Of a stretch of 64,000 nt of DNA, positions 8,561-17,073 are shown one piece after another. How positions within the stretch are numbered: the first letter of the stretch is position 1; the number at the start of each line of letters is the position of its first letter. The stretch lies in assembly GCA_963702425.1 (NCBI GenBank), contig CAVPCQ010000016.1:52073-116072 (forward strand), read 5' to 3'. The position numbers and the translations under genes are program-made. Below the pieces are notes generated by a model that saw only the letters and a list, made by a program, of their open reading frames with translations, did no database searches and was not told the DNA's origin. Source of the DNA: an uncultured Acidobacteriota bacterium. Lineage in GTDB: Bacteria > Acidobacteriota > Polarisedimenticolia > J045.

Positions 8561-9286
8561 CTAGTCCTGCCCGGCGGCGCCGTCGGCCCGCCGGTCGCGG
8601 CTCTCCCGCTCCGCGTCTCCCACCTCGTAGCGCAGGCAGCACATCAGGCGCCCGCACTGCCCCGAGATCTTGGCCGGGTTGACCGGCAGCCCCTGGACCT
8701 TCGCCATCCGCATCGAGACCGGGGCGAAGCCGTCGAGCCACGTCGAGCAGCAGAGCGGGCGCCCGCAGTGCCCGACGCCGCCCTGGCGGATCGCCGCGTC
8801 GCGCACCCCGATCTGGCGCAGCTCGACCCGCGCCCGCAGCTCGCGCGCCAGGTCGCGCACCAGCTGCCGGAAATCGACCCGCCCCTCGGCCACGAAGAAC
8901 AGCGTGATGCGCCGCCCCGCGGCCACCGGGTCGGCCCGCACGAAGCGCATCGCCAGGTTCAGCTCGGCGGCACGGCGGGAGGCGATCCCCAGCGCCTCGC
9001 GACGCCGCTGCTCGAGCCAGCCTTCGGTCTCGTCGTCGGCCGGGGTCGCCACGCGCAGGACGGGAGCGGGCGGCGCCCCGGAAGGCTCCGCCTCGGAGGG
9101 GACGCGGACCACGGTCCCCAGCTGGGTCCGCCCGGCGTCGACCGCGATCACGCAGCGGTCACCGACCTCGAGCGGGTCGTCGCCGGCGCGGCAGCAGACC
9201 GGGCGAAGGCTGCCCGAGAACGCGATGCGGACGAGAGAGGCGCGAGCCAAGGGGTCCTCCGGGATCCTGACAAAAGGATAATGCAC
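8561..9286 (-). CDS. PSP1 C-terminal domain protein (YaaT/RicT-like)
   Basis: GVRDAAIRQGGVGHCGRPLCCSTWLDGFAPVSMRMAKVQGLPVNPAKISGQCGRLMCCLRYE is the PSP1 Cys-rich signature. GTG start, position uncertain. Confidence 0.7.
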   Translation of the reverse strand: MHYPFVRIPEDPLARASLVRIAFSGSLRPVCCRAGDDPLEVGDRCVIAVDAGRTQLGTVVRVPSEAEPSGAPPAPVLRVATPADDETEGWLEQRRREALGIASRRAAELNLAMRFVRADPVAAGRRITLFFVAEGRVDFRQLVRDLARELRARVELRQIGVRDAAIRQGGVGHCGRPLCCSTWLDGFAPVSMRMAKVQGLPVNPAKISGQCGRLMCCLRYEVGDAERESRDRRADGAAGQD

Positions 9287-9354
9287 TCTCGATTCGTTTC
9301 GGAGGCCGGAAACCGGTCGCGCCGCGGGACGGTTCGCGCGACCATGGGGTCACG

Positions 9355-9837
9355 ATGGGGCCGGGCGCGAAGGGATCCGACAGCGAAAGTGAGAAGAACC
9401 TCGCCGTCAACCGGCAGGCGCGATTCGACTATTCGATCGAGGAAACCTACGAGGGAGGCCTCGTCCTGGTCGGCACCGAGGTCAAGTCGGCCCGCGGAGG
9501 AAAGGTCCAGATCAAGGACGCCTACGCGCGCTTCAAGAACGGCGAGCTGTGGCTGATCGGGCTGCACATCGCGCCCTACACCCACGCCTCGTTCGAGAAC
9601 CACGAGCCGGAGCGGCCGCGCAAGGTCCTGCTCTCGCGGCACGAGCTGAAGCGCCTGACCGGGAAGATCGAGCGCGCCGGTTACACGCTGGTTCCGCTGC
9701 GGGTCTACCTCAAGGGGGCTTGGATCAAGGTCGAGCTGGCGCTGGGCAAGGGCCGGCTGCGCCACGAGAAGAAGGAGGTCCTCAAGAAGAAGATCCACGA
9801 GCGGGAGATGCGCGACGCGGTCCGGAGGCGCGGCTGA
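9355..9837 (+). CDS. smpB: SsrA-binding protein
   Basis: NRQARFDYSIEETYEGGLVLVGTEVKS...LLSRHELKRL...GYTLVPLRVYLKGAWIKVELALGKG. Confidence 0.9.
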   Translation: MGPGAKGSDSESEKNLAVNRQARFDYSIEETYEGGLVLVGTEVKSARGGKVQIKDAYARFKNGELWLIGLHIAPYTHASFENHEPERPRKVLLSRHELKRLTGKIERAGYTLVPLRVYLKGAWIKVELALGKGRLRHEKKEVLKKKIHEREMRDAVRRRG

Positions 9838-10552
9838 GCGCCGGTTCCGGGGCCCCGTCTTCGGCTGCGGCACCCAATGGCACCCGCAGACGCCCGCCGC
9901 CCGGCCCGCGCTCGGCGGCGAAGATCAGCGCAGCCGCCGCGGGGGGTACGACCACCGCGACCGGCGCCTCCCCCGCGTCGTCGGCCTCTCCGGTGTAGAC
10001 GGTCACCGGCGTCACGCCGCGCCCGACCACTCGGGCCCAGATTCGGGCTCCGGCGGCCGGTGCTCCGTCGGCAGCGCGGCGGACCGCGAGCCGGCCGGCC
10101 AGTCCGCGGCTCCCGGCTGCGCTGGCGAAGGTCAACTCGAGCGTCTCAATCTCGTCGTCGGTCGCGAGCAGGGCCGCGAGGTGGTCGGCGAGAGGCCCCT
10201 GCTCGGCGGCCGGCGCCGCCCCGGCCGTCGGGAGACCGCTGGCGCCGCGGGCCGCGTCCCCGAACTCGCCGTGGCGGGCCCGCCGCACGAGGTTGCGGTG
10301 CTGGTGGTCCAGCAGTCCCGCCACCTCCGCCTCACCGGCTCCCCGGAGCACGAGGTCGTCGTAGGGGGTCCGTTCCTGGTGGAGGATCTGGCCGCCACAG
10401 TAGACGAGGCTCTCCAGGACCGGGTTGGCGCGGCCGCGGTCCTCGCTCTGCACGTGGTAGGTCTGCCCCTCGAACCGGACGTCGGTGTTGTAACCCGTCA
10501 GCAAGCGGGAGCCTCCTCCGTCGAATATGTCCGTCCGCGATTTCCTGTCCAT
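9782..10552 (-). CDS. hypothetical protein
   Basis: Start set at Met 55 of the ORF (MDRKSRTDIFDGGGSRLLTGYNTDVRFEGQTYHVQSEDRG...). The N-terminal part looks like a real domain and the C-terminal half is low complexity. The 3' end overlaps smpB by 56 nt (convergent). Confidence 0.4.
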   Translation of the reverse strand: MDRKSRTDIFDGGGSRLLTGYNTDVRFEGQTYHVQSEDRGRANPVLESLVYCGGQILHQERTPYDDLVLRGAGEAEVAGLLDHQHRNLVRRARHGEFGDAARGASGLPTAGAAPAAEQGPLADHLAALLATDDEIETLELTFASAAGSRGLAGRLAVRRAADGAPAAGARIWARVVGRGVTPVTVYTGEADDAGEAPVAVVVPPAAAALIFAAERGPGGGRLRVPLGAAAEDGAPEPALSRASGPRRASPARGSSS

Positions 10553-10676
10553 TCTCCGTGGACAGGGGGGGCCTCGGCCCCGATAATCGCGGCCGTCTGC
10601 GCGGACCACAAGGGTTTTCCCCCCGGAACCGACAGCGAGACCGGGCCGGTACGCCGGCTCTGGGAGGGTTGGCCAG

Positions 10677-12599
10677 ATGGCGATCCGACTGCCCGTCGAG
10701 GAAGCCCTCGACATCTACGACATCCACCTCTGGGGCGCGGGCTTCTTCGGGATCTCGCCGGAAGGCGACCTGACCGTCCGGCCGACCCGCAACCCGCGCC
10801 TCGAGCTCTCCCTCCCGCGCGTGGTCGCCGACCTGCGGCGGCAGGGGCACAGCACGCCGCTGCTGTTCCGGTTCCCGCAGATCCTGCACACCTCGGTCGA
10901 TGAGATGGTCAAGGCCTTCCGCGCCGCGATGGACGAGTTCGGCTTCCACGGCGGCGATTACAGCCCGACCTTCCCGATGAAGGTGAACCAGAACCGCTGG
11001 GTGGTCGAGGCACTCCTGGCGGCCGGCCGCCCGAGCCGGCTGGGGATCGAGGCCGGCTCGAAGCCCGAGCTGATGGCGGCGCTGGCGATGGACGTCGCGC
11101 CCGGCGCGCTGACGACGCTCAACGGCTACAAGGACCCGGAGACGCTCGATCTCGCGATCATGGGCGCGCGGATGGGGCGGCGCGTCGTGATCGTGATCGA
11201 GAAGCCGTTCGAGGTCGAACTGCTGCTGCGCGCCTTCGAGAAGGCGGGCGACGGGCCGCTCCCGGAGGTCGGGCTGCGGGTCCGGATGTTCGCCCGCGGG
11301 GCCGGCAAGTGGCGCGAGTCGTCGGGCCTGACCGCCAAGTTCGGGCTGACGACAGGGGCGCTGCTCGAGGCAGTGGCGGCGTTCCGGGCGGCCGGCCGGC
11401 TCGATCGGCTGGCGATGGTCCACTTTCACATCGGCTCGCAGATCCCCGACATCCGCCGGCTCAAGTCGGCCTTCCGCGAAGGGGCCCGGATCTACGCCAA
11501 GCTGCGGAAGATGGGCGTGCCGCTGTCGATCCTCAACATGGGCGGCGGGCTGGCGATCGACTACGACGGCTCCAACACGGCCTCCGACGCGTCGCGCAAC
11601 TACTCGATCGCCGAGTACGCCAACGACGCGGTCTACATCGTCAAGGAGGTCTGCCTCGAGGAGCGCGTCCCCTACCCGCTGATCACGACCGAGAGCGGAC
11701 GGGCCCTGACGGCGTTCCACTCGATGCTCGTGACCGACGTCCTGGCCCGCATCACGCCCGACCTACGGACCGGCAACGGCGGCAAGGGAGCGACGCGTGA
11801 GCACGCCCGCGTGGTCCAGGAGCTGCGCTCGATGCTCGAGGACATGTCGGGGAAGAACTACCGCGAGTACTTCCACGACGCGACCGAGCAGCGCGACGAG
11901 ATGGCCACCCTGTTCAACCACGGCCTCGTGACGCTGGAGGACCGGGCGCTGGCCGAGCAGTTGTTCTGGGACATCGCACGCCGCGCGCTGGCCTTCGCCA
12001 AGCGGGAGAAGATCCCGCTCGAGGAGTTCCAGGAGCTGGAGCAGGCGCTGGACCAGAAGTACATCGTCAACTTCTCGGTCTTCCAGAGCGTGCCGGACCA
12101 CTGGGCCCTGGAGCAGCTCTTCCCGATCGTTCCGACCTCGCGCCTGCGGGAGGCGCCGGAGCACAAGGCCACGCTCTGCGACATCACCTGCGACAGCGAC
12201 GGCCAGATCGACCATTTCGTCGACATCAAGGACGTGAAGGAAGTGCTCCCGCTGCACGACCCGATTCCCGGGGAGCCGTACGACCTGGCGATCTGCCTGC
12301 TGGGCGCCTACCAGGACGTGATGGGCGACCTGCACAACCTCTACGGGGCCCCCGACGAGGTCCACGTCTCGATCGACTCCGAAGGGCGGACCAAGATCGA
12401 CCGGGTCGTGCCCGGGGACACCGTGGGCGAGGTCCTGTCGGTCTTCCACTACGACGAGGCGGCGCTCGCCGGCGCAGTGGAGCGGCAGCTCGCCGTACAG
12501 GTCGAGGCGGGGACGCTCCCGGCCGCCGAGGCGGCGGCGCTGATCGCCGAGTACCGCGGGCTGTTCGCCCGCGGCACCTACCTGCGGCAGCCCGGGTAG
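10677..12599 (+). CDS. speA: biosynthetic arginine decarboxylase
   Basis: FPMKVNQNRWVVEAL, GIEAGSKPEL, HFHIGSQI, GGGLAIDYDGS, and 640 aa length, typical of SpeA. Confidence 0.9.
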   Translation: MAIRLPVEEALDIYDIHLWGAGFFGISPEGDLTVRPTRNPRLELSLPRVVADLRRQGHSTPLLFRFPQILHTSVDEMVKAFRAAMDEFGFHGGDYSPTFPMKVNQNRWVVEALLAAGRPSRLGIEAGSKPELMAALAMDVAPGALTTLNGYKDPETLDLAIMGARMGRRVVIVIEKPFEVELLLRAFEKAGDGPLPEVGLRVRMFARGAGKWRESSGLTAKFGLTTGALLEAVAAFRAAGRLDRLAMVHFHIGSQIPDIRRLKSAFREGARIYAKLRKMGVPLSILNMGGGLAIDYDGSNTASDASRNYSIAEYANDAVYIVKEVCLEERVPYPLITTESGRALTAFHSMLVTDVLARITPDLRTGNGGKGATREHARVVQELRSMLEDMSGKNYREYFHDATEQRDEMATLFNHGLVTLEDRALAEQLFWDIARRALAFAKREKIPLEEFQELEQALDQKYIVNFSVFQSVPDHWALEQLFPIVPTSRLREAPEHKATLCDITCDSDGQIDHFVDIKDVKEVLPLHDPIPGEPYDLAICLLGAYQDVMGDLHNLYGAPDEVHVSIDSEGRTKIDRVVPGDTVGEVLSVFHYDEAALAGAVERQLAVQVEAGTLPAAEAAALIAEYRGLFARGTYLRQPG

Positions 12600-12651
12600 G
12601 GGCCGCCCGTGCGGGCCGCCCGTGCGGGCCGCCACGGAGGGCGGCCCCTAC
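12596..12651. repeat. REP stem-variant doublet abutting the speA stop codon
   Basis: GTAGGGGCCGCCCGTGCGGGCCGCCCGTGCGGGCCGCCACGGAGGGCGGCCCCTAC. Same head and loop as the main REP, but with GGCCGCC/GGCGGCC stems. Confidence 0.75.
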
Positions 12652-12660
12652 AGACACGGC

Positions 12661-12843
12661 GCGTCAGACGTCGGCGCGGCGGCGTTCCCGCGGCCCGTAG
12701 GGGCCGGCCTCCGTGCCGGCCCGTTACGCGTCAGCGCGGCGGCGTTCCCGCGGCCCGTAGGGGCCGGCCTCCGTGCCGGCCCGTTACGCGTCGGCGCGGC
12801 GGCGTTCCCGCGGCCCGTAGGGGCCGGCCTCCGTGCCGGCCCG
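12661..12843. repeat. three tandem 60-bp units, each holding a copy of the OPT gene 3' end plus one REP
   Basis: Units at 12661-12720, 12721-12780 and 12781-12840 are near-identical (CCGTTACGCGTC(A/G)GCGCGGCGGCGTTCCCGCGGCCCGTAGGGGCCGGCCTCCGTGCCGGC). REPs lie at 12697, 12757 and 12817. Confidence 0.9.
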
Positions 12844-14883
12844 TTACGCGTCGGCGCGGCGGCTGTCCCAGTACATGTAGGCCAGCAGCAGCGCGTAGAG
12901 ACCGAGCGCCAACAGCTCGGCCCCCGGACCGGCGTCGTTCCCGAACAGGCCCACGCCGAGCCAGCTGACCCCCATCTCCTGCTCGAGCCACTTCAGGAAG
13001 GCGGCGATGACTCCCATCACCGCTCCGCCGGCAATGAACCCCGAGGCGATCAGCGTCCCGCGGTTGTTGCGTGCCCGCTCCAGCGCCTCGTCGCCGTGCG
13101 CCGACTTGGCGACGAAATGGGCGATGATCCCGCCGACCAGGAGCGGCGTGTTCAGCTCCTGCGGCAGGTACATCCCCAGCGCGAACGGCAGCGCGGGGAC
13201 CTTCACCATCTGCAGCACGAGGATCAGGATCCCGCCGACGCCGTAGAGCAGCCAGGGGACCGGTTCGTTGGACATCAGGGTCTTGATCACCGCGACCATC
13301 GCGTTGGCCTGCGGCGCCGGGAGCGGCGTCGGGTGGGCCGCGCTCTCGACGAAGCCGTAGACCTGGTTGAGCAGCAGCATGACGCCGCCCACGGTCGCCG
13401 AGGCGACGAGGGTGCCGAGCAGTTTCGAGCGTTCCTGCAGCGCCGGCGTCGCGCCGATCCAGTAGCCGACCTTGAGGTCCGTGATCGTCCCCCCCGCAGT
13501 CGACAGCGTGGTGCAGACGACGCCGCCGATCAGGAGCGCGGCGAGCATGCCGGGCGTTCCGGTCAGCCCCAGCTTGACCAGGATGACCGACGCCAGGATC
13601 AGCGTCATCAGCGTCATCCCGGAGACCGGGTTGCTCCCGACCGTGGCGATCGCCTGGGCGGCCACGGTCGTGAACAGGAACGAGATGACCATCACCACCG
13701 CCAGCGCGGCGAGCGACAACACCACCCAGTTCGGCTGGTCGGCCAGCACGCCGAACATGAAGAAGACCAGCATCGCCAGCGCCGTCACGAGGATCCCGAG
13801 CAGCACCGTGCGCATCGGGAGATCGCGGTCCGTCCGCGTTCCCGCGTGCTCCACCGGCTTCTTGCCGCCCAGCTCCTTGAACCCCAGCGAGAAGGAGGAC
13901 TTGATGACCCGCCAATTCCGGAGGATCCCCAGCGCCCCCGCGGTCGCGATCGCGCCGATGCCGATCAGCCGCACGTAATTCCGGAAGATCTGGTCGGCGG
14001 TCATCTGGCCGATCAGCGTCCCTCCCGCCGCGACGCCGATCGGTTGCGCCAGCCCCTCGCCGAACCAGCCGATCAGCGGGACGATCAGGAACCAGGAGAC
14101 GAAGGAACCCGCGGTGATCACCGCCGCGTAGCGCAGCCCGATGATGTAGCCCAGGCCGAGCACCGAGGCCAGCACGTCCATCTTGAACACCATGCGCGAC
14201 TTCGTCGCCAGCGTCTCGAGAAACGGCACCGAGCGCGACGTGAAGACCTCGGCGAAGGCGTGGAAGTGGATCGTCAGGAAGTCGAACAGGCCGCCGACGA
14301 GCGCCGCAACGCTGAGCACCTTGGCCTGCGAGCCGCCGGCCTCGCCCGCGACGAGGATCTCCGTCGTCGCCGTGGCCTCCGGGAACGGGTACTCGCCGTG
14401 CATGTCGGCGACGAAGTAGCGTCGCAGCGGGATCAGGAAGAAGACGCCGAGGAAGCCCCCGAAGACGGCGACGATGAACAGCTTGACGAGATCGACCGGC
14501 AGCCCGAGCACGAACAGCCCGGGCAGCGTGAAGATCGAGCCCGCGACGATCAGCCCCGAGGCCGCGCCGATCGACTGCACGATGACGTTCTCGAGGATCG
14601 TCGACTTGCGGGGCAGCGCGACGCCGAGGCCGACCGCCAGGATCGCGATCGGAATCGCCGCCTCGAAGACCTGGCCGACCTTCAGGCCGAGGAAGGCCGC
14701 CGCGGCCGAGAAGACGATCGCCATGATCAGCCCCAGCGTGACGGACCGCGGCGTCCACTGCGCCATCGTAGAAGAGGCCGGAACGATCGGCTGGTACGTC
14801 TCTCCGGGCTGGAGCTTGCGATAGGCGTTGTCGGGCAGCGAGCGGGTCGTCGGCTCCATGACGCACGGCCTCCTTGGGGTCAC
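12844..14883 (-). CDS. OPT-family oligopeptide transporter
   Basis: 679-aa polytopic protein. The N-terminus YRKLQPGETYQPIVPASSTMAQWTPRSVTLGLIMAIVFSAAAAFLGLKVGQ is typical of bacterial OPT proteins. Confidence 0.85.
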   Translation of the reverse strand: MTPRRPCVMEPTTRSLPDNAYRKLQPGETYQPIVPASSTMAQWTPRSVTLGLIMAIVFSAAAAFLGLKVGQVFEAAIPIAILAVGLGVALPRKSTILENVIVQSIGAASGLIVAGSIFTLPGLFVLGLPVDLVKLFIVAVFGGFLGVFFLIPLRRYFVADMHGEYPFPEATATTEILVAGEAGGSQAKVLSVAALVGGLFDFLTIHFHAFAEVFTSRSVPFLETLATKSRMVFKMDVLASVLGLGYIIGLRYAAVITAGSFVSWFLIVPLIGWFGEGLAQPIGVAAGGTLIGQMTADQIFRNYVRLIGIGAIATAGALGILRNWRVIKSSFSLGFKELGGKKPVEHAGTRTDRDLPMRTVLLGILVTALAMLVFFMFGVLADQPNWVVLSLAALAVVMVISFLFTTVAAQAIATVGSNPVSGMTLMTLILASVILVKLGLTGTPGMLAALLIGGVVCTTLSTAGGTITDLKVGYWIGATPALQERSKLLGTLVASATVGGVMLLLNQVYGFVESAAHPTPLPAPQANAMVAVIKTLMSNEPVPWLLYGVGGILILVLQMVKVPALPFALGMYLPQELNTPLLVGGIIAHFVAKSAHGDEALERARNNRGTLIASGFIAGGAVMGVIAAFLKWLEQEMGVSWLGVGLFGNDAGPGAELLALGLYALLLAYMYWDSRRADA

Positions 14884-14928
14884 GCCGGAGAGGGACGGGC
14901 GGAGCCTACGGAAGTCGGGAGTGCCGCG

Positions 14929-15174
14929 TCAACCTCGGGTTTCGACGGGCGGGCGGACGTGCCCGAGACGGCTGACGGCGTGCGCGATCTTGCGGCGGAA
15001 CGCCTTGAGGTCACCGGCCGAGAGCTGCTCGAGGGCCTCGTCGAGGATCGCCGTGATCTCGGCAAGCTCCTGGCGCGCCGCGTGCTCGCGCACCTCCTCC
15101 ACCCGCCGCCGCAGCGAGGAGATCTCGCCGACGGACAGCGAGTTGAGCGCTTCGATCATGCCCCGGAGGTGCAT
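14929..15174 (-). CDS. small hypothetical helical protein (81 aa) upstream of the OPT gene
   Basis: The Met-initiated tail of ORF 14929..15792 (MHLRGMIEALNSLSVGEISSLRRRVEEVREH...) has non-shadow composition. It lies 45 nt upstream of the OPT start on the same strand. Confidence 0.4.
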   Translation of the reverse strand: MHLRGMIEALNSLSVGEISSLRRRVEEVREHAARQELAEITAILDEALEQLSAGDLKAFRRKIAHAVSRLGHVRPPVETRG

Positions 15175-15238
15175 CGCGGGCGCATTGTAGCGGCGGGTCC
15201 CGGGGACGCAACACGACCCCTGTCCGGTCCCGCCGCGG

Positions 15239-17062
15239 ATGCTATCCTTCCCGCCCATGTCGAAGTCGTCCCCCGGCAAGCGCGCCGGTTCCGCCCGTGT
15301 GAAGCCCCCGAAGACCACCGCCCGCCGGACCCGTGCGGCGGGGCGCCCGGAGCACGAGCAGGCCAGCCTGTTCGAAGTCGCGGCTTCGCCGCCGGCGACG
15401 CCGGCGGCTGCGCCGTCACGCGTGCCCCGCTCGACCGCCGAGGAACCCGCCGGGCCGGTCGCGGCTGAGGCGACGGCCCGCCGGGCCGGCCGCTCCCGCG
15501 CCGGGCGCCGCCCCGTCGGCGCGCAGGAGATGGCGACCCGCCAGCGCGACATCTCGGTCTCGGAGTTCTTCACCAAGAACCGGCACCTGCTGGGCTTCGA
15601 CAACCCGCGCAAGGCCCTGCTGACGACGGTCAAGGAGGCGGTCGACAACGCGCTCGACGCCTGCGAGGAGGCCGGGATCGTCCCCGACATCGACGTCGCG
15701 ATCGAACAGCTGGCCGAGGACCGCTTCGTCGCCAAGGTGCGGGACAACGGCCCCGGCATCGTCCGCGAGCAGATCCCGAAGGTCTTCGGCAAGCTGCTCT
15801 ACGGCTCCAAGTTCCACCGCTACCGGCAGTCGCGCGGCCAGCAGGGGATCGGGATCTCCGCCGCCGGGATGTACGGCCTTCTGACGACCGGCCGCCCGGT
15901 CGTCGTGACCTCCAAGACCGGGCCGCGCAAGGCGGCGCACCACTACGAGATCGCGATCGACACCCGCGCCAACAAGCCCGAGATCCTGCACGACGCGACG
16001 ATCGAGGACGCCGCGATCCCGCAGGGGACCGAGGTCGCGATCACGCTCGAGGGCCAGTTCCAGCGCGGCCGCCGCAGCGTCGACGAGTACATGGAGCTGA
16101 CCGCGCTGGCCAACCCGCACGCCACGTTCCGCTACCGCTCGCCGGGCAGCGAGCCGGTGGTCTGGGAGCGCGTGACGAGCGAGCTGCCCCCCGAGGCGCG
16201 GGAGATCAAACCGCACCCGCACGGGGTCGAGCTGGGAACCCTGCTCAAGATCCTGCGCGACAGCGACAACCGGCACCTGGTCGAGGCCCTGGTCGCCAAC
16301 TTCTCGCGCGTTTCCCCGCAGGTCGCCGCCGAGATCTGCGCCAAGGCCAAGGTCTCACCCAAGGCCAACCCGCGCACGCTCGACACCCGCGCCGTGGAGC
16401 TGCTCTACCGCGCGATCCCGCACGTCAAGATCCTGGCCCCGCCGACCAACTGCCTGGTCCCGATCGGCGCGGAGCTGATCGAGCGCGCGCTGCGCCAGCG
16501 AATCAAGGCCGACTTCTTCGCCGCCTGCACCCGGCCGCCGGCGGTCTACCGCGGCAACCCGTTCCTGGTCGAGGTCGGCCTCGCCTACGGCGGCGGTCTG
16601 CCGGCGGAAGATCTGGTCGACGTGCTGCGTTTCGCCAACCGCGTTCCCCTGCTCTACCAGGCGGGCGCGTGCGCCGTCACGAAGGCGGTCGTCGGGACCA
16701 ACTGGCGCGGTTACGGTCTTCCGCAGTCGAGGGGCGCGCCACCGTCCGGCCCGGCGATCCTCTTCATCCATGTCGCCTCGGTCTGGGTGCCGTTCACGTC
16801 CGAGAGCAAGGAAGCGGTCGCGTCGTACCCGGAGATCGTCAAGGAGATCCGGCTGGCGCTGATGGATGTCGGCCGCCGGCTCGGCAGCTTTCTCAAGCGC
16901 CGGGCCCGCGCCGCGGCCGAGGAGAAGAAGCTCGGCTACATCACCAAGTACATCCCGCAGATCGGGATTGCGCTGCAGGACATCCTGGCGCTCGAGGACC
17001 CGCAGCGCGACGCCGCGGTGGCGCAGCTCAAAGACATCCTGGAGCGCTCGCGCACCGTCTAG
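15239..17062 (+). CDS. top6B: DNA topoisomerase VI subunit B (GHKL ATPase) with an Ala/Arg/Pro-rich N-terminal extension; start uncertain
   Basis: ISVSEFFTKNRHLLGFDNPRKALLTTVKEAVDNALDACEEAG...VRDNGPGI...FGKLLYGSKFHRYRQSRGQQGIGISAAGMYG matches the Top6B Bergerat fold, followed by transducer-domain-length sequence. Confidence 0.8.
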   Translation: MLSFPPMSKSSPGKRAGSARVKPPKTTARRTRAAGRPEHEQASLFEVAASPPATPAAAPSRVPRSTAEEPAGPVAAEATARRAGRSRAGRRPVGAQEMATRQRDISVSEFFTKNRHLLGFDNPRKALLTTVKEAVDNALDACEEAGIVPDIDVAIEQLAEDRFVAKVRDNGPGIVREQIPKVFGKLLYGSKFHRYRQSRGQQGIGISAAGMYGLLTTGRPVVVTSKTGPRKAAHHYEIAIDTRANKPEILHDATIEDAAIPQGTEVAITLEGQFQRGRRSVDEYMELTALANPHATFRYRSPGSEPVVWERVTSELPPEAREIKPHPHGVELGTLLKILRDSDNRHLVEALVANFSRVSPQVAAEICAKAKVSPKANPRTLDTRAVELLYRAIPHVKILAPPTNCLVPIGAELIERALRQRIKADFFAACTRPPAVYRGNPFLVEVGLAYGGGLPAEDLVDVLRFANRVPLLYQAGACAVTKAVVGTNWRGYGLPQSRGAPPSGPAILFIHVASVWVPFTSESKEAVASYPEIVKEIRLALMDVGRRLGSFLKRRARAAAEEKKLGYITKYIPQIGIALQDILALEDPQRDAAVAQLKDILERSRTV

Positions 17063-17073
17063 CCTGGCCCCCG

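Noticed and set aside
9838-10676. I looked for a tmRNA (ssrA) gene next to smpB.
   Set aside because: There is no tRNA-like 3' end (GGTTCGA..TCC...CCA) or tag-reading-frame structure here. The only T-arm consensus in the window belongs to the tRNA-Arg and the relic at 31724.
12661-12843. The regular 60-bp periodic repeats looked at first like a small CRISPR array.
   Set aside because: The whole 60-bp unit is repeated, so there are no unique spacers. The unit contains the REP palindrome and a copy of the adjacent gene end. No cas genes are present.
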